DNA of 64,000 bases from Macrostomum hystrix (GCA_950097015.1 CATNEN010000001.1:27156001-27220000), one strand, 5' to 3'; positions 48,030 through 60,969 are shown, numbered from the stretch's first letter. Numbers and translations: made by a program. Notes: generated by a model not told the origin, from the letters alone.

Positions 48030-49170
48030 ATCTAGAACACAACTTAAATACCATAATATGAAGACACGTTAGACGCAGCCATGTTTCTGGCGAAGTTGAT
48101 CCAAAACTTATATTTACTTTTTATTGAGAAAGTTTTATCGGTCATTTCATATCACAGCAGAAAAAACACGCCATCTTTATTTTTTGAGCAGTTTATGAAA
48201 AATGTGAACAATATGTAGGAAATTTGTTTCCAAAGAGAAACAGTTTGCGTTCTTAAATATCACAAGCACGGAACACAATTGCGCTTCAGCTCACCAACCA
48301 AACGCAAATACTTTAATGCCTAACTATACTCAAATATTGACAGACTAATCAAAATAGTTCGCAGATCAAACTCTACAGTATTTCTACAGAAGAAATTATA
48401 AAGTTGTTAGCCAGCCACTAAAGAAGCTGACGGCCCTGCTTGTCCCTCTGGCGGCTCAGCCACGGTTTTATCGCTTAACATGCCTGTCTGCTGCAGGTGT
48501 GCTCGATAAAACTGCTACACTTGTCTTGTGAATCTCACGCAAAGTGAATGGCTCGCCCGCTGCTGTGCGTGGCTGAGCTGCCTTGTCAGCTTCTTCGTTG
48601 CTGCAGGGTTGACTTGACACGGGCATGTTTACTTTTCTTAGTCGCATTCGAAGCATCCGGAGCGAAATATTTTATTTGCTTTTAATTAAAAAGACAAATC
48701 AATGCAAGCTATCGGTGTAGAATTTTATTTTTTAATGATGCTGTCCTCTAACCTTAATTCCTATCACAAGTATTTGGACAATCGTCAATTTTTAGTTACG
48801 TCCAGTGCCTTGCGACCGACATGGCGTCTATTCGCTACAAAAGAATGCATCCATGTAAAGTAATACATAAGATCGAGAATTGGTCAATGAAAAACAGCTA
48901 GGCTACTGCAGCTAGAATAATGCTTTCAAAATCTGGAACAATTCACTCAGGAAAAGCCAGCTAAAAATAGATTCTCACAAAGCCCTTCATGCCAAGCCTG
49001 TTTGAGTCGCACTTAACACGACAATAAAGTACTTAAAAAAATAATGTTATGAAAAACGAAAGCTGAAAATGGAAAAACGAAAATAATTATCTAGCAAAAA
49101 AGTTCAACCTGACCGCCAAAGTCAGCAAAATGGACTGAAAACAGGGAAGACTCGATGAAATCGCATACCT

Positions 49171-49497
49171 AGTTGGAGTACGGTAACTGCTTTGTGGTCT
49201 CTGAGTTGGAGTACGGTAACTGATTTGTGGTCTCTGAGTTGGAGTACGGTAACTGATTTGTGGTCTCTGAGTTGGAGTACGGTAACTGATTTGTGGTCTC
49301 TGAGTTGGAGTACGGTAACTGCTTTGTGGTCTCTGAGTTGGAGTACGGTAACTGCTTTGTGGTCTCTGAGTTGGAGTACGGTAACTGCTTTGTGGTCTCT
49401 GAGTTGGAGTACGGTAACTGCTTTGTGGTCTCTGAGTTGGAGTACGGTAACTGCTTTGTGGTCTCTGAGTTGGAGTACGGTAACTGCTTTGTGGTCC
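49171..49497. repeat. 33-bp minisatellite, ~10 copies
   Basis: AGTTGGAGTACGGTAACTGCTTTGTGGTCTCTG. Confidence 0.95.
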
Positions 49498-50103
49498 TTT
49501 GAGGTCACAGCCATCAGTCGCGGACATGATTATCGAGGAGCTAAGCCAAGGTGTTAACCTCAGGTGCTAAGTTTGGAGGCGCGACAGCGCAGGATTTACA
49601 GAATATGCAATTGAACGCAATGCTTCGTGATGTTAAATGATATACATCATATTTGAAGTATTCAAATACACGGTAACTTTGAAAGCGAAAATCCCCATTT
49701 GCTGCAGACAACTCTGCTTTAACGACTAATTACTAAAACTACTTTCCTTTAAGTTCCATGTTCCTTCTGTTACATATTCAAATGCTGTAACTACTAAAAA
49801 TAGAAGCCTGCGTACTGGGCCACCGTGTTCGGAACAGACTCAATTTACAACGCAACAGAATCTCATCACTCACACTAAAAGGAAAGGAAAGGAAAAGGAA
49901 AGGAAATAGATGTAAAGCGAAATTCGAAAGCAGGTACTGCCGAGAACTTAAAAAACTATCTTTGCTCTTTGAAGCGCTGGACATGCACAGGGCAGCATTA
50001 TAAAAGACCGACACCTGCAGAAAGTTTTCTCCAACAATAAACCCAAGAGCAGTAAGCCAAAGCTAAGGCATCTTCCAAACCAACAAGCGCAATTCACGCA
50101 GTG

Positions 50104-51030
50104 ATGGCAGCCCAACAGGCGGACAGCTCCGACCAGATCACAACCGTGGTGCTGATGAGCAAGACTGGGTGCGGAAAGAGCTCGCTCGGGAACGCACTCC
50201 TCAAAGAAAAGCGCTTTATCGAAGGCGATGGCTTCACATCAGAAACGAAGCAGTGCAACGTACAGATGCGGATTGTGCACGGTCGCACCCTGATCGTGGC
50301 GGACACTCCTGGCACAATGGACTCCAATGACATTAAGATGCCACAGGGCGAGCTACTGCAAACCTTGAACAACTGCCCCAATGGTGTTGACGCATTTCTC
50401 GTGGTGATGAGAGCTGACAGTCGCTTCACCGACGAGGAGTACAGGGCCATCAAGGAGACCGTGGATGTGTTCGGTCCGGAGTCATGCAAGCGCGCCATCG
50501 TCGTATTCAGCAATGGCGACCGATTCAAAAATGACGTGGATAGGTTCGCGCAGGTGCTCAAAAAGGGTTGCGCTGAACTTCCCGGGCTCAGTGAGCTGAT
50601 GAAGCAGTTTGGAAACCGCTACGTGCTCATGGACAATGGCGAAAACTGCGACCCGAAACTACAGGAGAAGCAAGTAGCGACTCTGATGAGCCTCATCGAT
50701 GTGGTGTCCAAGGCCAACCCGAACAAATACTCAAAGAAGGACATGGACGCGCAGACCGATGAGCGCAAGCGTCGAGAGGAGGCAGCCCAGAAGCAGCAGG
50801 AGACCAGCCTTCAAGAGATGGCGAAGCTGAAGGCCGAAATAGAACTTCTGAGGATGCTGCAACAGCAAGGTCCTGGACTCACGGACGTGCTCAGCGCTGT
50901 CGGCCAGGGAATCGGAGCTGTCCTTGTGAGCCCCGCTGTTGGAGCTGCAAAACTGATTGTTGGAGCTATGTCGATGCCCACAACAAAAATCGGTCCTGCT
51001 GTCTTTAAAACGAAATCTATTTTTAACTAG
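50104..51030 (+). CDS. GIMAP: AIG1-type GTPase (GIMAP/IAN family), intronless
   Basis: VVLMSKTGCGKSSLGNALL, SET, VADTPG, G.DAFLVV...RFTDEE, VFG, IVVFSNGD, NRY..DN, QV..L; coiled coil and hydrophobic tail. TATAAAAG at about 49999 and AATAAA at about 51249. Confidence 0.92.
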   Translation: MAAQQADSSDQITTVVLMSKTGCGKSSLGNALLKEKRFIEGDGFTSETKQCNVQMRIVHGRTLIVADTPGTMDSNDIKMPQGELLQTLNNCPNGVDAFLVVMRADSRFTDEEYRAIKETVDVFGPESCKRAIVVFSNGDRFKNDVDRFAQVLKKGCAELPGLSELMKQFGNRYVLMDNGENCDPKLQEKQVATLMSLIDVVSKANPNKYSKKDMDAQTDERKRREEAAQKQQETSLQEMAKLKAEIELLRMLQQQGPGLTDVLSAVGQGIGAVLVSPAVGAAKLIVGAMSMPTTKIGPAVFKTKSIFN

Positions 51031-51746
51031 AATGAAAGAATTAAACTCACCAGATTAGCTTGTAATTCCATGAAAATAGTTCGGCTGCCTATGATACGAG
51101 ATATTCCATTCTTCTTACTCAATCTTCCAATTTTCTAAATGCTACCGCCTTGCAAAACGGCACCGATACACTGTACCGCCTGCGTATTTGATCAGAGTGG
51201 AACGTCTTTTGCTTTTTCTACTCAAGATATTCAACCATAGCGCTAATCAATAAAACAATTGAAGACAGAAAATGCAAAAAATCGTTAAGTGTGCCTTAAT
51301 ACGAGTAATATAACAGAAAAGTTGATAAAAGGTAGTTTAAAAAGGCACTCATTTATTAATAGTGCATAGAGGATTTAAAAACATGTCAAAAGGTTCGCAG
51401 TGCTTGCTGTCAAAGGTGTACAGGCCACTAGAATACAAGATGAAAATCAAATAGCATCAAGTTGCACTTGGCGAATGTAGGAATAAAGTGCAGCTATCAA
51501 TGTACTTTTAACGAGTAAATAATAGTAGCAATATTCTTAAAGCAATAGTGAGACAAACAAACGAACTTAAGTGTAGCACCCGATCATAGCAGCAGACAGC
51601 AGGTAACGATTAACAGTAAGAAGACACCGGGTTATTTCAAATAGCCACATTCTTCTTTTCCCTGCATTTCCCGAAACATTCAACCAATCGACATTAAAAT
51701 GGGGAACATGAAATGGCTAAAATTTTCCGCTCTATACGATGAAACA

Positions 51747-51966
51747 ACTTCAAGAATCACAGTCTACTCGTAGATGTCCAACAATTCACACGGGGACTTC
51801 AAGAATCACAGTCTAGATGTCCAACAATTCACACGGGGACTTCAAGAATCACAGTCTAGATGTCCAACAATTCACACGGGGACTTCAAGAATCACAGTCT
51901 AGATGTCCAACAATTCACACGGGGACTTCAAGAATCACAGTCTAGATGTCCAACAATTCACACGGG
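51747..51966. repeat. 43-bp minisatellite, 5 copies
   Basis: ACTTCAAGAATCACAGTCTAGATGTCCAACAATTCACACGGGG. Confidence 0.95.
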
Positions 51967-53515
51967 GTGTCTGGTTGTCAGAATTTCATAATGTATCGGC
52001 TATTATTGTTGACTATTTTTGACTGGTAAAATTGTCAACTTTTTATTTTTTACCCAATATGCATTCGCCAAAGATGTTTATACATAGCAATGCTAGTTGT
52101 CCTTGTCACCAGGGTCTCCGACAAGAATCGCTGATTATCTCGACGATGAAGACTCCGGACGGCTTTGAAAGTTGGTTCATCAATGGGCGGAAAATTTAGA
52201 TTCAGTTGTTGGACCTTAACGAAAATCAGTTTTTCGGTTTGGGATTTATCGTAAAGTAGGCAGCGGGTATTTGAAATAACCAAGGGGAATATCGTGGTCT
52301 TACTACTGTTAAACAAAAAATAATCTGCAGTTAAAAAGAAAGAAAAATAGTAGCTTACTAATTTTATTGTTTGTTAGCGCTACAGAAAACATAAAGCAAT
52401 ATGTTAGCTAATACATGTCACAAGCATATTGCATGATATTATGTAAGGCATCGATTTTAATTTAAAGCGGAGGTCGAAAACGGGAATCTTTTAAGCAATT
52501 CAAAAGTGCTTTGATAATGAGTAAAGACGCAAAAAAAATATTTTTAATATTGAACAAAAAATCTCAGCATAAAATAAAGAGAAAGGTCATAAAATAACAT
52601 CCAATTAGGTATAGAAAAAAACAAGGAAAAACTTTTGCTAAAACTTTTACAATAAATATATTGTAAACGAAACAAGGCATTTTGGAAACCCAGAGCCGCA
52701 CGTTCAGTTGCTAGTCGATGCTGATTGGCTCAGGCGCTGATGCCACACCAGTTGGATAACTATGGTGACCGTCTCTGGCTCAGCAGGCCCATTTCGTTCA
52801 TATTATTTCTGGGTGAATCGAGTTCTGGCAAAACAGAAATTGCGGAATGGGAGTTGAGGGGTGCGGTTAGTGTTAAACAGTCCCGCTATATTAGTGTTTG
52901 GCTTGCACACTTCACTACAAGAAGGCGTTAGACTGATGATGATAAGATACGGGCAGCTTGTCAAGGCAGCATTAGTGAGTGGCAGGCGGTCTAACGCGTT
53001 TGCCTCTCGCACCAAGGTCCCAGAGCTCGATTCCTGGATTCACATGATTAGTTTACATTGGCGCGTAGGACCCATCCCAATTCGAGAAGGGGGGTTGGTT
53101 TTGCTAGTCTAGTATACTTAAAAAAGAAACTGTAAACAGTATAATCCTGTTCATGGCAACGAAAAAAAAATTTGATTAAAAATGAAAGAATTTAATGTTC
53201 ACTAAGAAAATATGTGACCTAATTCTGAGAAACGGGATTACCAAAAAGTTTTTTTATCTTAAATTTAACATATTAATTAAATGTTACCATTTCGTTCAAT
53301 GCACCTATAGATCAAAGGACAACACATAAACGATAAAGTCTCAGAAGAATATCGAACTGACACGAATAAACATTTAATAGTACGATCTACATCAGTAACA
53401 TTGTGTCAATAAAATTAAACGTAAACATGCGTTTGTGAGAGAAAGCAAGTAAAATTCTGTGCCGCTGTGGTCTCTATTGTAACCTAAGGACCAACAACAA
53501 GCTACGTACAGCATG

Positions 53516-55983
53516 CTACAGAGCTGTGCTGTGATGTTTCTCTTTTCCACTCACGTTCAACGAGGAGACCGCATCTGGCTCGGTACTGGCTGGGGCGGCA
53601 AGGTGAAGGAGGGTATCCAAGTATTTTTCAGGTTCGCGGGTAAAACAAACAAGCAAGCAATGCTTTACTGGGAGAGTTAATGAGGCTGCAATAAAGTAAC
53701 TTAGCTGAAAACTAAGCAATGCCTTATTAAATCACGATTAAATCAAGGTCAGTCCTGAGAATGTGAGAAAGTGAAGGACAGTCCTGAGGATGTGAGAGAG
53801 TGAAGGACAGTCCTGAGGATGTGGGAGAGTGAAGGACAGTCCCGAGGATGTGGGAGAGTGAAGGACAGTCCTGAGGATGTGAGAGAGTGAAGGACAGTCC
53901 TGAGGATGTGGGAGAGTGAAGGACAGTCCCGAGGATGTGGGAGAGTGAAGGACAGTCCTGAGGATGTGAGAGAGTGAAGGACAGTCCTGAGGATGTGGGA
54001 GAGTGAAGGACAATCCTGAGGATGTGGGAGAGTGAAGGACAGTCCTGAGGATGTGGGAGAGTGAAGGACAGTCCTGAGGATGTGGGAGAGTGAAGGACAG
54101 TCCTGAGGATGTGGGAGAGTGAAGGACAGTCCTGAGGATCTGAGAGAGTGAAGGACAGTCCTGAGGATGTGGGAGAGTGAAGGACAGTCCTGAGGATCTG
54201 AGAGAGTGAAGGACAGTCCTGAGGATGTAGGAGAATGAAGGACAGTCCTGAGGATGTGGGAGAGTGAAGGACAGTCCTGAGGATCTGAGAGAGTGAAGGA
54301 CAATCCTGAGGATGTGGGAGAGTGAAGGACAGTCCTGAGGATCTGGGAAAGTCAAGGACAGTCCTGAGGATGTGGGAGAGTGAAGGACAGTCCTGAGGAT
54401 GTGGGAAAGTCAAGGACAGTCCTGAGGATCTGAGAGAGTGAAGGACAGTTCCTGTAGCTGAAACCGGAATGTAAATGTTGGCTTTGTATAATTTAAATTT
54501 CAAGCCATGAGTTAATAAAATTCGTGCAGCAAGGAAACACCTAGAGAGCTGAATGAAGTGAAGATAAAGAACAACTACCACTGAGAAAGACTTCAACCCA
54601 GATATGAAACAGCAGAGTTTTCAATATCGATCTACTCACCGACGTCAATTCGATCGCCATTGTTGTTGTTGGCCCCACCGCCGGCTTCGAAGTCGCAGCC
54701 ACCGTCGTTGCTGGCATTGGCAAGTGCGCCACAGCCGCCACAGGCTCCAGCATAGCTGGGGCGCAGGTACAGGCTGACCAGAAGAGCCACCACAACGCCA
54801 ATGATCCCACCGCCAACTACATCGCTCCAGTGGTGCTTGTAGTCGCTGACGCGGCTGGCACACACGGCGAGGCCCCAGACCAGCACAAAGCACTGCAGCA
54901 GCCACTTCACAGCGTGGCCCTTCGAGAAGGTGAACCTGGACTGCAGGTAGAGGGCGGCGAACAAAGTCATGTACATGCTGTGCGATGAGTGGCCAGACGG
55001 GAAGGACAGCATGGACTCGCGGTACTGCTTCAGGTCCTGCGGCCGGCAGAACTGTCCGGGGTTCATGGGTAGATGCGCGGCGCAGATGGCGATGTACTGA
55101 GCGGAGCTGATGTTGGCATGGCACACGGCGAGGAAGTGAGGCCGATGTCGGCCTATGATGATCTTGATTGTCACTGTCACCACCTGAGGGAGTTGGATGA
55201 GGCACGAGTAGGGGATCTGAGAGGCTGATACTCGTAGTATATGCTGAGCTTGGGATATGAGAGGCTGGTGGATTATGCTGAGGATCTGGAAGGCTGGTGG
55301 ATAATGCTGAGGATCTAGAAGGCTGGTGGATAATGCTGAGGATCTGGAAGGCTGGTGGATTATGCTGAGGATCTGGAAGGCTGGTGGATAATGCTGAGGA
55401 TCTAGAAGGCTGGTGGATAATGCTGAGGATCTGGAAGGCTGGTGGATTATGCTGAGGATCTGGAAGGCTGGTGGATTATGCTGAGGATCTGGAAGGCTGG
55501 TGGATAATGCTGAGGATCTGGAAGGCTGGTAGTTTATGCTCAGGTGGGGATTAATGAGGCTCTATTGTACTATTTTATCCTAACCTCGGTGAACAATGAG
55601 CCCAGGGCCGCCAGCAGCAGTCCCCTGGCGATGGCCACGGTAGCTCGGGTGCAGCCGGACTCAGGTTTGAGTCCGCAGTTGGCAAGGCAGGTCGCGTAGG
55701 TTCGATCTGATTGGCTGGCCCGGCAGCCGCTGCGCAGGGCGTGCCGAACGATCTCAACGATGAGCACAGTGAGCAGTATAATCGAGGCGCCCACCAAGGC
55801 CGCCACCGCCATGGTGACAGTGTCGGGCTTGTAGCGGTAGCTGATGCTTTCATCGTTGCAGAAGAAGTCGCGTTGAAAAGGCTGCACAGCGAAGTGAAAG
55901 ACGCACACGTAGGCCCCCAGGATGACAAAGACGGCTACAGCCGTCAGCAGGTTGGCGACCTCGCTGCCTGGCAGACAGGCCAT
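53516..55983 (-). CDS. PAP2-family lipid phosphate phosphatase (PLPP/wunen-like), 3 exons
   Basis: Exons 55983-55585, 55183-54640 and probably 53685-53516. Motifs PFQRDFFCNDESISY, KxxxxxxRP, SFPSGH and SRVSDYKHHWSDV. Confidence 0.9.
53745..54449. repeat. 29-bp minisatellite (~24 copies) in PLPP intron 2
   Basis: GAGAGTGAAGGACAGTCCTGAGGATGTGG. Confidence 0.95.
55262..55545. repeat. 29-bp minisatellite (~10 copies) in PLPP intron 1
   Basis: TGCTGAGGATCTGGAAGGCTGGTGGATTA. Confidence 0.93.
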
Positions 55984-56146
55984 TGTATGGCGGACTCTTT
56001 GGCTGGCTAATCAGGCAGGTGAAAATTCAGGCTGTTCTGCTCGCAAAACTGGCAGCTGAAAACATTCAGCATGGCGCACTCTTCAACAATGGCCTGCCTA
56101 GGTCCTATCCTCTGATACATACCCGTCCTGATTCCCGCCTACATCT

Positions 56147-56371
56147 CCTAATCTCCCCCTGCATCCATCTCCTAATCTCCCCCGCATCCATTCCCTAATC
56201 TCCTCTGCATCCATTCACTAATCTCCCCTGCATCCATTCACTAATCTCCCCTGCATCCATTCACTAATCTCCCCTGCATCCATTCCCTAATCTCCCCTGC
56301 ATCCATTCACTAATCTCCCCCGCATCCATTCACTAATCTCCCCTGCATCCGTTCCCTAATCTCCCCAGCAT
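56147..56371. repeat. 23-bp minisatellite
   Basis: CTAATCTCCCCTGCATCCATTCA. Confidence 0.92.
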
Positions 56372-56562
56372 CAAGTTACGTGATTTAAAATATATATTAA
56401 AAAAATAGATCCTATTTTTTAAACTGACGAGCATATTAACAAAAATAAATTCTAAGCACAAGAGTTGATGACAAAAAATTACCAGCCACCAATATGCGGT
56501 GCGTGTTTTACTGCGAATTGTATTTATAACTGCCCTTATTTTTTTCATTATTTTTATTTTTA

Positions 56563-57601
56563 AATACTAGACTCATTGCTGAGGGATGTGGGAATACTAG
56601 ACTCATTGCTGTGGGATGTGGGAATACTAGACTCATTGCTGTGGGATGTGGGAATACTAGACTCATTGCTGTGGGATGTGGGAATACTAGACTCATTGCT
56701 GTGGGATGTGGGAATACTAGACTCATTGCTGTGGGATGTGGGAACACTAGACTCATTGCTGTGGGATGTGGAAATACTAGACTCATTGCTGAGGGATGTG
56801 GGAATACTAGACTCATTGCTGTGGGATGTGGGAATACTAGACTCATTGCTGTGGGATGTGGGAACACTAGACTCATTGCTGTGGGATGTGGAAATACTAG
56901 ACTCATTGCTGTGGGATGTGGGAATACTATACTCATTGCTGTGGGATGTGGGAATACTAGACTCATGGCAATGGGATGTGGGAATACTAGACTAATTGCT
57001 GTGGGATGTGGGAATACTATACTCATGGCAATGGGATGTGGGAATACTAGACTCATTGCTGTGGGATGTGGGAATACTAGACTCATTGCTGTGGGATGTG
57101 GGAATACTAGACTCATTGCTGTGGGATGTGGGAATACTAGACTCATGGAAAAGGGATGTGGAAATACTAGACTCATTGCTGAGCGATGTGGGAATACTAG
57201 ACTCATTGCTGTGGGATGTGGGAATACTATACTCATGGCAATGGGATGTGGAAATACTAGACTCATTGCTGTGGGATGTGGGAATACTAGACTCATTGCT
57301 GTGGGATGTGGGAATACTAAAGTCATTGCTGTGGGATGTGGAAATACTAGACTCATTGCTGTGGGATGTGGGAATACTAGACTCGTGGAAAAGGGATGTG
57401 GAAATACTATAATTATGGAAAAGGGATGTGGAAATACTAGACTCATTGCTGTGGGATGTGGGAATACTATACTCATTGCTGTGGGATGTGAGAATACTAG
57501 ACTCATTGCTGAGGGATGTGGGAATACTAGACTCATTGCTGTGGGATGTGGGAATACTAGACTCATTGCTGTGGGATGTGGGAATACTAGACTCATTGCT
57601 G
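56563..57601. repeat. 30-bp minisatellite (~34 copies)
   Basis: GTGGGATGTGGGAATACTAGACTCATTGCT. Confidence 0.95.
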
Positions 57602-57731
57602 ATGCTCAAGTAAGTGTGGGGACAACATTTTGCAAGGGATTGTTTATCCTGGATTTAAGCTTTTAAGCTCGGAATGAAGTGGCGATGAGAACTGTACTGT
57701 AATTCAATGGATGTGACGTGACTGCAGTACT

Positions 57732-59036
57732 CTATTGTCCCTCGCATGTCGCAGCCTCAGCACCATTGGGTTTTGAGCTCTGGCCTGCTGGGCGGAAGTT
57801 CGATTCCAGCTGGTCGCTGCGAATCCGATGCGGTCGCCGCTGCCAGCTGTCCGCCACATTCGGATAGTAGAACCTGCCATCCGCTGAGTAGCAGCCGCCG
57901 TAGCTGTCGGTTCTACCGACACCATCGACGACACCCCGGCGGAACGGGACAGCTGATGGGTGGAAATCCCGCTGCTTCTGCTTTAACCTTTTTTGGTTGG
58001 TTTGTTGCTGCCTGGGAAGTTGCTCATGGGTCGAATCTGTGTTGGGTACGGAACTACCGAATCTTTCGTTTTGTAGGAAATTTTTGTTGTCTAAAGAGCT
58101 TCCATTCTCTAATATGTTCTGTTGCTGCCCTGCAAGTTTAGGAGGCTGGTTATTGGCTTCGTTGTGACGCCTGTTCCGGGGATTGCGTTGACGATGGCTC
58201 GGATGTCTGTCATGCTGCGGCTGCTCGGAAACGCTTTGATCGTCCTGCTGCTTAGGGGCACTTTCATCTTTCCGCTGCTGAGAAGCGCTTTGATCTTGCC
58301 GCAACTGAGAAGCGCTTTGATCTTGCCGCAACTGAGAAGCGCTTTGATCTTGCCGCAACTGAGAAGCGCTTCCATCTTGATGGTGCTCACGATTCTTTTG
58401 ACTTTGCCGCAGTCGTCGTGGACCGCTCTGATATTGCCGCGGAGCACTTCGCTCTTGGCACTCCTGACGACTCCTTTGATCTTGCCACTGCCGAGAAGCG
58501 CTTTGGCCTTCGCATTCCTGACGACTCCTTTGATCTTGCCGCTGCCGAGAATCGCTTGGGTCTTCGCATTCCTGACGACTCCTTTGATCTTGCCGCTGCC
58601 GAGAATCGCTTGGGTCGTCGCATTCCTGACGACTCCTTTGATCTTGCCGCTGCCGCGAAGCGCTTGGGTCCTCGCATTCCTGACGACTCCTTTGATCTTG
58701 CCGCTGCCGAGAAGCGCTTGGGTCTTCGCACTCCTGACGACTCCTTTGATTTTGCCATCGTTGAGGTGCAGCTGGATTTCTGATTCGTCTAATAACTATT
58801 TGATCTTGCCGCCGTTGAAAATCTCTCTGACCATTCGCTTTCTGGCCAGAGTTGTGTTCTTGCTCCTGTCGATTTCGAAAAGCGTTACGATCATGCCGGT
58901 GCTGATAATCTAGCCGGTGATTTGTCCACTGCGGACGGCTGCACTGATCCGGCCATCGCTGATGATATGGCTCTCGATCTGGCTGCTGATCGATGCCAGG
59001 AGTCAGCTGACTGTGCGCCTCGTTGAGCGAATCGGC
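57732..59036 (-). CDS. Q/R-rich repetitive coding exon, probable last exon of RNF25
   Basis: Acceptor TTCTCCTTTCAG at 59037 is in phase 0, matching the donor at 59886. Contains 18-aa and 9-aa repeats in an open frame. Confidence 0.55.
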   Translation of the reverse strand, partial: ADSLNEAHSQLTPGIDQQPDREPYHQRWPDQCSRPQWTNHRLDYQHRHDRNAFRNRQEQEHNSGQKANGQRDFQRRQDQIVIRRIRNPAAPQRWQNQRSRQECEDPSASRQRQDQRSRQECEDPSASRQRQDQRSRQECDDPSDSRQRQDQRSRQECEDPSDSRQRQDQRSRQECEGQSASRQWQDQRSRQECQERSAPRQYQSGPRRLRQSQKNREHHQDGSASQLRQDQSASQLRQDQSASQLRQDQSASQQRKDESAPKQQDDQSVSEQPQHDRHPSHRQRNPRNRRHNEANNQPPKLAGQQQNILENGSSLDNKNFLQNERFGSSVPNTDSTHEQLPRQQQTNQKRLKQKQRDFHPSAVPFRRGVVDGVGRTDSYGGCYSADGRFYYPNVADSWQRRPHRIRSDQLESNFRPAGQSSKPNGAEAATCEGQ

Positions 59037-59859
59037 CTGAAAGGAGAATGTAGAATGTAGAGGCTTTCTAATCATGGGAACCAACTTAAACCTGTCTAGC
59101 CCCTCCGTGTACATGTAGTTACCCCCCCCAATCGGCCTGCGAGTCATTGAGAACTGCAGGACCAAAACTCGCCAATGAAAATAGAGCATGCCCAAATTGA
59201 AAATTCGAAGTAGAGAACGAAGTTCATAGTCTCTTTAGGTGCAATTGGTCCGTTTGTGATCCCATTAGAGGTGAATTCATAGAGAGAGTGGCAGGCCCAG
59301 TTCGAAATTTCGAAAGCTTTACAACAAAAGGACAAAATGTTTTTTAACGACTCAGGAAAGCACCGAAATAACAGAAAGACTAGTAGGCTTTATAGAACGA
59401 AGTCTATTTCAAATATTTTTTTTATGAAGCTTTTGATTCTTATTTCGATTTTTCGGGCTTTTATAGTAAAGTAACAAAGATCGTCGAGATATTCAATGGT
59501 TCTGGCCGAAGGTCTGATTTTCCCTAAAGCGCTGGTATATTTACGAATTAGCACTGCGCCTTAGTGCTGCCTTACCAGGACTTCAAAATTTATCGGCATA
59601 TCACCCGAATGTGCCTGCATCATCTCCGTCTTCGGTGGTCACCTACCTTTATCTAGACGGACTGCTGGACCTTCAAGGGCTACAACAGCTGGCCCTTTGG
59701 ACACCCTGACGCGAATTTCTCCAATTTCACTGATCAAGCAATCAGTCACCACCCAACGCTGTTAGCATTCAGGCGCTGCCAAAAAAATTCAGGGGGAGGG
59801 GAATTCGCGCCGCCGCTTGGCATAAAAACGGGCGGCAAAACGGAACGGTAGTCCTACTG

Positions 59860-60969
59860 TTAAGACGATTCGTATTCAAAGCCTACCTTCGGCTTCGAGA
59901 CCAAGCAGTCCTCAGACGGCTGACTGGCAGGCGGTTGCTCAGAGGTTTCAAGGCGCTGATTATCGTTGGGCAGTCCAGTCGTAGCAGCGACTGCAGCGGC
60001 AGGAGCTGCTGAGGCATTCTTATCCCCGGTGTCAGCATTAGCCGCAATGGGCTCACAGACCAGTCTGCCACTGCTGGCATCCAACTCAATGCGGCACTGG
60101 CGGCACACGGGACAGGCCACAGCCAGCTGCGGCAGGCTGCGGCAGTGCGGGTCCGCAGCCAGCGCCTCCTGAACCAGCCGCCTGTGCTCAGCCTGCCGAT
60201 GCTGCACAAATTCGGTCAGGCAGTCGGAGTGGAAGTAGTGATAGCAGTCCGTGACCAGTAGGCCGGCCTCCGACTCGAAACTGTCCAAGCAGATTGAGCA
60301 CTGCTCATCTGGCAGGTGCTGCTGAGTCAGGAAGTCCTTCACCATCTGCAATGATTGGTCAGACAGACAGTCAGGGTACAATGGTAACAGACATTTCTCA
60401 AATTCAATGTCATCTCTGGTAGTTCGCTTACGTGATTGTAGATTTTACAATGCATGACAATGTGAAAGTTAGAGCAGATGTACCAGCGTACAGCATCTGC
60501 ATCTGTTTTCACACCTGGTAATGCAGCAAAATAAGCAAAAAACTAATAGAATGCCCGCCCGCCCTTACCTCAATAAGGTGCATGAGCATGAAGTCTCCAC
60601 GCAGCTGCTCAGCCTCTTGGCGCACTTCATCAAGCAGCTGGGCAAGCTTCTCCTGCTCCAGGCCACGTGGGGAGCGCAGTTCAATCGCGGGGACTGCATT
60701 CGGATAATCTAGTGGGCAGTTGGCCAGGAGGTTAACACTGATAAACTGCTTGCTTTGCACATCAGCTGTGGCTGGCCTGATGTCCACTGACACTTGGGTG
60801 GTGCCATCTGCATTGCTGTGTATGTTTTTGCATATGGTGGTGGCTGGTTAACCTATTTAGTCTATGGTAATTAGGCACCTCACTTTGTCAAAGTCAAAAA
60901 GGCTTACCAAATGATCTCCTTCAGTTCCTTAAAGTAGATTTCTTTCAGAATGTTGATTTCTTCATCCAT
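59860..60969 (-). CDS. RNF25: E3 ubiquitin ligase RNF25 (RWD + RING-H2)
   Basis: Exons 60969-60908, 60815-60569 and 60345-59887 (or read-through to the stop at 59860). EEI.IL..IY, RPATAD...QFI, YPNAVP.IEL.SPRGL, CSICL...TDCYHYFHSDCL...CPVCR. Confidence 0.88.

Noticed and set aside
49087-57666. Long repetitive ORFs over the 33-, 29- and 30-bp arrays; possible CRISPR arrays
   Set aside because: Head-to-tail minisatellites with no unique spacers or cas genes. The ORFs are open in several frames on both strands as a repeat artefact.
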